29,674 bases of DNA from Planctomycetales bacterium (GTDB lineage Bacteria; Planctomycetota; Planctomycetia; Isosphaerales; Isosphaeraceae). This document shows, piece by piece, positions 24,717-29,674 of the stretch (the first letter of the stretch is position 1; each line of letters begins with the position of its first letter). The translations under genes were made by a program, and so were the position numbers. Below the pieces are notes generated by a model. That model saw only the letters and a list, made by a program, of their open reading frames with translations. It searched no databases and was not told where the DNA came from. The stretch lies in assembly GCA_027451455.1 (NCBI GenBank), contig DAIDJI010000001.1:1-29674 (forward strand), read 5' to 3'.

Positions 24717-26657
24717 TCAGGGCTCCTGGAAGAGCTGAACGAGCTTCCGGCGCAGGTCTTCCAGGAGCGCTTCGGCCATCGATGAGGCCCCGACGTTGCG
24801 TCGCTCGTCCGGGTCGGAATCCAGGAAGTACAGTTCCTCACGCCGGTTCGCCAGGCGGATGTAATGCATCCCGGAGTCGACCACCGATGACATCGGCCCG
24901 ATCGCGACCGGCTCTCGACCGCCGTTGACCAGGTAGAGCGGCTTCCCGGTCTGGATCAGCAGAGGCTCGGAGCGTGGACGGATCGACGATGACCCGCCGC
25001 CTTGGTTCCAGAACCGAGAGAGCGGCCGTCCCCGCAGGAGGGTATCGGGCTCGAGTCCGAGCAGATCCACGATCGTCGCCGGGATGTCGCGCAGGCTCAA
25101 AGACTCGGCCACTCTCCGGCCCGCCGGTAAATCCTTGCCGACGATCACCAGAGGGACCTGAACCAGCTCACGATACAGGCTACAGCCGTGGAAGTAGAGC
25201 CCGTGATCGCCCAGATGCTCACCGTGATCGGCTGTGACGATCACCAGTGTCTCGTCAAGCACGCCTCGCCGCTCGAGCTCTCCAAGAAGCTCCCCCAGTC
25301 GGCGATCGAGGGCTGCAATGGCATCGTCGTAGACATCGGTGGCCAGTTGAACGTCACGAGGTGATAGCTTCTCCCGGGTCAGTGAGGTCCAGTTCGCAAG
25401 GGTCTTGAGGTCGCTCTCGGAGGTCGGGCGCATCCCGAAGCCCACGACCGAATCCTCGGGAACCTCGTAGGGCGTGTGGGCGTCGTTGAGGTTCAGAAAG
25501 GCGAAGAAAGGTCGGCGCCGGCCACGGCGCCCGTCGAACCAGTCGAGAAAAGCTCTATTCACATCGTGACTGGTTTTGAGATGCTCATTGGATCGGAGCG
25601 AGAGCCCGAACGAGCGTCCGAAGGTGTTTTCCAGGAGAGTGTTCAGAGCCACGACCCGCTCTCGCAGAATTAGCCGACGGCCCAAAGCCATTTGCCGAAT
25701 GAAGATATCCCGAAAATTGATGGGAAAATCCTCGAAGCGCGCAAAGCCTCGGGCGAGCCCGGTTTCGCGCCCGCAATAGTCGAGATTGGCGACGAAGCCC
25801 GCCGTCTCGAAGCCGAGGTCGGCGAGGCGTTCGGCGAGCGTGGGTACGTCCGATCGCATCGGCGAGTTCCAGTCGACCCCCAACTGGTGTGGCCATCTTC
25901 CAGTAAACATACTTGCATGAGATGGAAGGGTCCACGATGAGGTTGCAAAGGCCCGGTCGCACCGAACCCCGCGCCCTGCCAGCTTCTCCAGGTTGGGCGT
26001 CGTCCGGCGCGGGTAGCCGTGCAGGCTGGTATGGTCGCCGCGAACGGTGTCCCAGACGATCAGCAGAACGTTCCGCTTGGTGGTCGGCGTCGGTAACGTG
26101 GCCAGAGCGCGATATTCCGACCAGGCCCGACCGCCGACCGTCATCGCCAGGCTCGCCAGCAAGACGCCGACCAGGACCACTGTCCCGCGCCGGACCAGGA
26201 CCAGGAAGGCCCCGGCGTGCGATCGGATCCACCGCGAAAACTGGACGGCAATGCCGCCACAGAGAAGGGGAACCGCCCAGATCTCCAGCGGGAGTTGGGC
26301 CGCGACGTCCAGCAGGGCGAAGAAAACGAGGGCTCCGACCACGATCTCAAGCCGGACGCCCCCGCGCCGGAGTTGGGCAAACAGGGCCAGGATCGCGGCC
26401 GGGAGGAGGGTCAAGAGCGCGACGCCCACCGGGATCATCCAGACGAAATCCTGACCTCGGTGATGGAATCCCTCCTTCATCACGCGGACCCTGGCGATCA
26501 GGAAACCGAGATCGAGGAAACCGGCGGCCAGTCCGATCCCGACCGCCATCCCGAGAATGGCTGCCGGCGTGATCCCGACGGATGACCGGCCTTCCCGGGC
26601 CTCATGGGCATTCGATCGGAGCGTCTTCGCCGCCGCGATCGCCTGGGGTAAATCCAT
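24717..26657 (-). CDS. Membrane-bound sulfatase-like hydrolase/transferase (alkaline phosphatase superfamily), copy 2
   Basis: About 5 N-terminal TMs, then NVLLIVWDTV, SWTLPSHASMFTGRWP, FLNLNDAHTPY and TADHGE. Confidence 0.9.
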   Translation of the reverse strand: MDLPQAIAAAKTLRSNAHEAREGRSSVGITPAAILGMAVGIGLAAGFLDLGFLIARVRVMKEGFHHRGQDFVWMIPVGVALLTLLPAAILALFAQLRRGGVRLEIVVGALVFFALLDVAAQLPLEIWAVPLLCGGIAVQFSRWIRSHAGAFLVLVRRGTVVLVGVLLASLAMTVGGRAWSEYRALATLPTPTTKRNVLLIVWDTVRGDHTSLHGYPRRTTPNLEKLAGRGVRCDRAFATSSWTLPSHASMFTGRWPHQLGVDWNSPMRSDVPTLAERLADLGFETAGFVANLDYCGRETGLARGFARFEDFPINFRDIFIRQMALGRRLILRERVVALNTLLENTFGRSFGLSLRSNEHLKTSHDVNRAFLDWFDGRRGRRRPFFAFLNLNDAHTPYEVPEDSVVGFGMRPTSESDLKTLANWTSLTREKLSPRDVQLATDVYDDAIAALDRRLGELLGELERRGVLDETLVIVTADHGEHLGDHGLYFHGCSLYRELVQVPLVIVGKDLPAGRRVAESLSLRDIPATIVDLLGLEPDTLLRGRPLSRFWNQGGGSSSIRPRSEPLLIQTGKPLYLVNGGREPVAIGPMSSVVDSGMHYIRLANRREELYFLDSDPDERRNVGASSMAEALLEDLRRKLVQLFQEP

Positions 26658-26939
26658 CGAACAGGGCCCTTCGAACGAAGAGTAGAGCGGCCTGGGAAGA
26701 CGTACCGGGATCGGGTGCCTCCCTCGCCTTCAAAAGTGTGAGTCGACGTTCAGTACACTGAACCGGGGCCGCGATTGCAAGACGCGGATCCGACCGGCTG
26801 GAAAGTCCGGGATTGCACCGCAGGCGTTCGGTGGGAAAATAGAATGATCGGGCTCGCCGGCCTGCGACAACGCGCCGGTTCCCCCACCTCGGCCAATCCG
26901 ACGTCGTCGGCTCGGTCCTTCTTTTGGGTGGTGAGATCC

Positions 26940-29306
26940 ATGCGTCTGAACATGATGCGCATCTTCATATTTGTTTGCGTTCTCGCACTGATCGCGATGG
27001 CGAGCCTCGGGGCGGTCGCCGCGCTCACCGGCCTTGGCCCGAGGCAGTTGCTCAAACTGACGTCCGCCGGAAGTCCTTCTCCTCGTCCAGAACTTGCACC
27101 GGCCCGGCGCACGGGGGAGCGGATGCTTCCGCTCTATTCCGACGTCTGGATCGACGATAGCGGGATCTCCCTCGCCGTCCAGTTCGAGGAGCCCCAGACC
27201 GATCCGACGTCGCTCGCCGAGGTGGCCGCAGCGCGCCAGGGTCGGGCGGCGAGGGGAATCGCCCGGTACTCAAGGCGGCTCGCGATGATCGGGCGGCCGA
27301 GGTCTGACTCCGAGGCCCTCCTGGCCGCGGAGCACCAGCTCTGGATCGGTCAGCTTTACATGTTTGATGGCCGATTCGAGGAGGCCGCGGCCTGCTTCCG
27401 ATCCGTCCGCGACCTCCATCCGGCAAAAAATCCCCTCTTCGAGGCCAACATCGAGGCGATTCTGGGCGTCGCGGCGATGCGGCGGGGCGAACTGGATAAC
27501 TGCATCGCCTGCTGCACTGACGCCAGTTGCATCTTCCCCCTGGCTAGCGCCGCCGTACATCGGCGGACCAGCGGATCGCGCGAGGCGATTCAGCATTTCA
27601 CCGCCTACCTGGATAAACGGCCTGAGGACATCGGTATTCGATGGCTTTTGAACCTCGCCTACATGACTTTGGGCGAATACCCTGAGAAGGTTCCGGCGGC
27701 CCATCTCATCTCTCTTGACCCGTTCCGGTCGCGGATAGACGTCGGCCGGTTCCCAAACGTCGCCGCAAGGGTGGGGCTCGACGCGATGGGCGAGAATAAC
27801 GCTGGCGGTTGCATCGTCGACGACATCGACGGAGACGGCCTGCTCGACGTCTTCACGTCCAACATCGACCCCGGGCGCGGGCCCTCGCTCTTGCTCAATC
27901 GGGGCAACGGAACGTTTCAGGAGCCGGAGGGGCCGACCGGACTGGCCGACCAGGTCGGGGCCGCCAATGCCACCCATGCCGATTTCGACAACGACGGTGA
28001 TCTGGATATCCTCCTGCTCCGGGGCGGTTGGGAGCGGCCCCTCCGGCCCTCCCTGCTCCGCAACCGGGGCAACGGCCGCTTCGACGACGTCACTGCCGAG
28101 GCGGGCCTGATCGCTCCGATCGCCACCCAGTCGGGCGCCTGGGGCGACTACAACAACGACGGATTCGTCGATCTGTATCTCTGCGGCGAGTTCGATCCTG
28201 GCCGCCCTGACCCCCGGAACCTCTGCCGCCTCTACCGAAACAACGGGGATGGGACGTTCACCGACGTCGCCGCCGAGGCCGGGGTTCTCAACCAGTTCTG
28301 GGCCAAGGGTGCGGCCTGGGGCGACTACGACAACGACGGCGATCCCGACCTTTACGTCTCCAATGATGCCGCCCCGAACCGCCTCTACCGGAACAACGGG
28401 GATGGGACGTTCACCGACGTCGCCCCGGCGCTGGGGGTCACCGAGCCGGCCTCCAGCTTTGCCTGCTGGTGGTGGGATTACGACAACGATGGCCGACTCG
28501 ACCTCTTCGTCTGCGACTTCGGCAACCGGCTCTCCGACGTGATTCGAAGCCATCTCGGCCAGCCGACGCCCGGCGAGCGGCCCCGCCTCTTCCACAACGA
28601 GGGCCCTGGCGGCTTCCGCGATGTCACGAAGGAGGCCGGGCTCGATCGCGTCCTGGTCTGCATGGGATCGAACTTCGGCGACATCGATAACGACGGGTAT
28701 CTCGACATGTACCTTGGCACCGGCCGGGCAGAGTATCGTTACCTGGTCCCCAACATCCTCTTCAAGAACGTGGGCGGACGACGGTTCGAGGACGTGACAA
28801 CGTCGTCAGGCACCGGGCATCTCCAGAAGGGACATGGAATTTCTTTCGCTGACTGGGACCGCGACGGCGACCAGGATATCTTCCTGGAAGCCGGCGGAGC
28901 CACCCCCGGCGACCGCGCCCACAACGCTCTCTTCCTCAACCCGGGCCACGGGAACCACTGGCTGACCGTCCGCCTCGTAGGGACCCGAACCAACCGCGCC
29001 GCGATCGGCGCCCGGCTTCGGGTCGACGTTCCCATATCTGGCGGCGGGGTGGAATCTCGATATCGCGAGGTGACCAGCGGGTCAAGCTATGGCGGCAATC
29101 CCTTCCGTCTGACCGTTGGGTTAGGTCAGGCGGCCAGCATCACCACACTCGAAGTGAGTTGGCCCACGAGCCGAACGCATCAGGTCCTCCGCAATCTCCC
29201 GATCGATCGGGAAATTGAGATCGTCGAGGGACGCGATGGATTTCGGGTCCGAGGCGAACGACCGACCCCGCCTCCCGAAATGGGCTCGCCGGTCCCGCGT
29301 GAATGA
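26940..29306 (+). CDS. CRTAC1-family protein: signal/TM, TPR-like helices, FG-GAP-like repeats and C-terminal ASPIC/UnbV domain
   Basis: Repeats DDIDGDGLLD, DFDNDGDLD, DYNNDGFVD, DYDNDGDPD, DYDNDGRLD, DIDNDGYLD and DWDRDGDQD. C-terminus HWLTVRLVGTRTNRAAIGARL...SGSSYGG...GLG. Start moved to ATG 26940. Confidence 0.92.
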   Translation: MRLNMMRIFIFVCVLALIAMASLGAVAALTGLGPRQLLKLTSAGSPSPRPELAPARRTGERMLPLYSDVWIDDSGISLAVQFEEPQTDPTSLAEVAAARQGRAARGIARYSRRLAMIGRPRSDSEALLAAEHQLWIGQLYMFDGRFEEAAACFRSVRDLHPAKNPLFEANIEAILGVAAMRRGELDNCIACCTDASCIFPLASAAVHRRTSGSREAIQHFTAYLDKRPEDIGIRWLLNLAYMTLGEYPEKVPAAHLISLDPFRSRIDVGRFPNVAARVGLDAMGENNAGGCIVDDIDGDGLLDVFTSNIDPGRGPSLLLNRGNGTFQEPEGPTGLADQVGAANATHADFDNDGDLDILLLRGGWERPLRPSLLRNRGNGRFDDVTAEAGLIAPIATQSGAWGDYNNDGFVDLYLCGEFDPGRPDPRNLCRLYRNNGDGTFTDVAAEAGVLNQFWAKGAAWGDYDNDGDPDLYVSNDAAPNRLYRNNGDGTFTDVAPALGVTEPASSFACWWWDYDNDGRLDLFVCDFGNRLSDVIRSHLGQPTPGERPRLFHNEGPGGFRDVTKEAGLDRVLVCMGSNFGDIDNDGYLDMYLGTGRAEYRYLVPNILFKNVGGRRFEDVTTSSGTGHLQKGHGISFADWDRDGDQDIFLEAGGATPGDRAHNALFLNPGHGNHWLTVRLVGTRTNRAAIGARLRVDVPISGGGVESRYREVTSGSSYGGNPFRLTVGLGQAASITTLEVSWPTSRTHQVLRNLPIDREIEIVEGRDGFRVRGERPTPPPEMGSPVPRE
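28226..28424 (+). repeat. Intragenic 46-bp direct repeat (28226-28271 and 28379-28424), 45/46 identical
   Basis: Both copies encode RLYRNNGDGTFTDVA; period is 153 bp (51 aa). Confidence 0.9.
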
Positions 29307-29371
29307 AGCCCGAATTGCAGCCGCTTTGCACAGGATTTCCTGTCAGGACCCCAACCTGTAAATTGCGACGG

Positions 29372-29597
29372 TAAGTGGCACCATTTCTTCAACGATAAAT
29401 GGCACTGTCTCGGACCTGATGCCCGACACATTCCGAGCAAGCCAACTTCCCGGAAGAGCACTTTCAAGCGTTGCATCAGTGTTCTGGGATGAGAGTTGAG
29501 ACATGCAGCGAGTTCGACAAGGCGATCTGAGTGGCAGAATCGCGCTTGCAGGATGATGCCAAATAGCCTCGAAGAAATGGTGCCACTTATCGTTGAA
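29372..29597. repeat. REP/MITE-like inverted repeat built from a 24-bp unit
   Basis: TAAGTGGCACCATTTCTTC (29372-29390) is the exact reverse complement of 29571-29589. 29388-29405 matches the reverse complement of 29580-29597 at 17/18. Confidence 0.75.
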
Positions 29598-29674
29598 CTT
29601 ACTGATCGCTGCGCAAAGAAGCTCAAGTTGTCCGGAGCTTCAACCCGGCCTGTGCAAAGAAGGAACGGACCAGA

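Noticed and set aside
16085-28595. Long shadow ORFs (16085-17374 -, 22718-24043 +, 27270-28595 - and others)
   Set aside because: They lie opposite well-supported genes and have no recognisable domains.
26940-29306. Enediyne biosynthetic cluster because of the UnbV domain
   Set aside because: No PKS, thioesterase or other enediyne core genes in the window. ASPIC/UnbV domains are widespread in planctomycetes.
29180-29674. ORF 29180-29626 (-) and open frame from 29553 (+) to the window end
   Set aside because: The minus ORF overlaps CRTAC1 antisense and has no motifs. The plus frame is only 40 codons and runs through the repeat, so it cannot be supported.
1-29674. CRISPR array, tRNA/rRNA, integrase or transposase
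   Set aside because: No regularly spaced repeat-spacer array, no RNA gene signature and no DDE, HUH or recombinase motifs seen by eye.

Overview
GC-rich bacterial window, most likely from a Planctomycetota genome (Isosphaeraceae-like; inferred from the DUF1559 prepilin gene, the TPR/multiheme/ASPIC-UnbV genes and the gene style). The left part (1-12.1 kb) is mixed. It holds a scattered amino-sugar recycling set (SSS transporter, murQ, BadF-type sugar kinase), a STAS protein, an overlapping two-gene pair whose second gene has a HEPN RxxxxH motif, a UbiE-like methyltransferase, and a hybrid histidine kinase whose ATPase domain looks dead. It also holds a membrane-anchored HEAT protein, a nitroreductase, a stress-protein-like gene, a HAD hydrolase and an FkbM methyltransferase. 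The right part (12.3-29.3 kb) is an 11-gene cluster of apparently exported or membrane-anchored proteins: two paralogous 7-CxxCH cytochromes c (one TPR-fused), three stand-alone TPR proteins, two 5-TM sulfatase-like enzymes with a Thr instead of the Cys/Ser-FGly motif, a DUF1559 pilin-like protein, a small lipoprotein, a polytopic membrane protein and a CRTAC1/ASPIC-UnbV propeller. I found no rRNA, tRNA, CRISPR array or transposase. Several intergenic palindromes, a tandem hairpin/direct repeat and a REP/MITE-like inverted repeat were seen. All product calls come from motif reading only, with no database search. Many start codons were moved downstream of the ORF-track start using RBS evidence.
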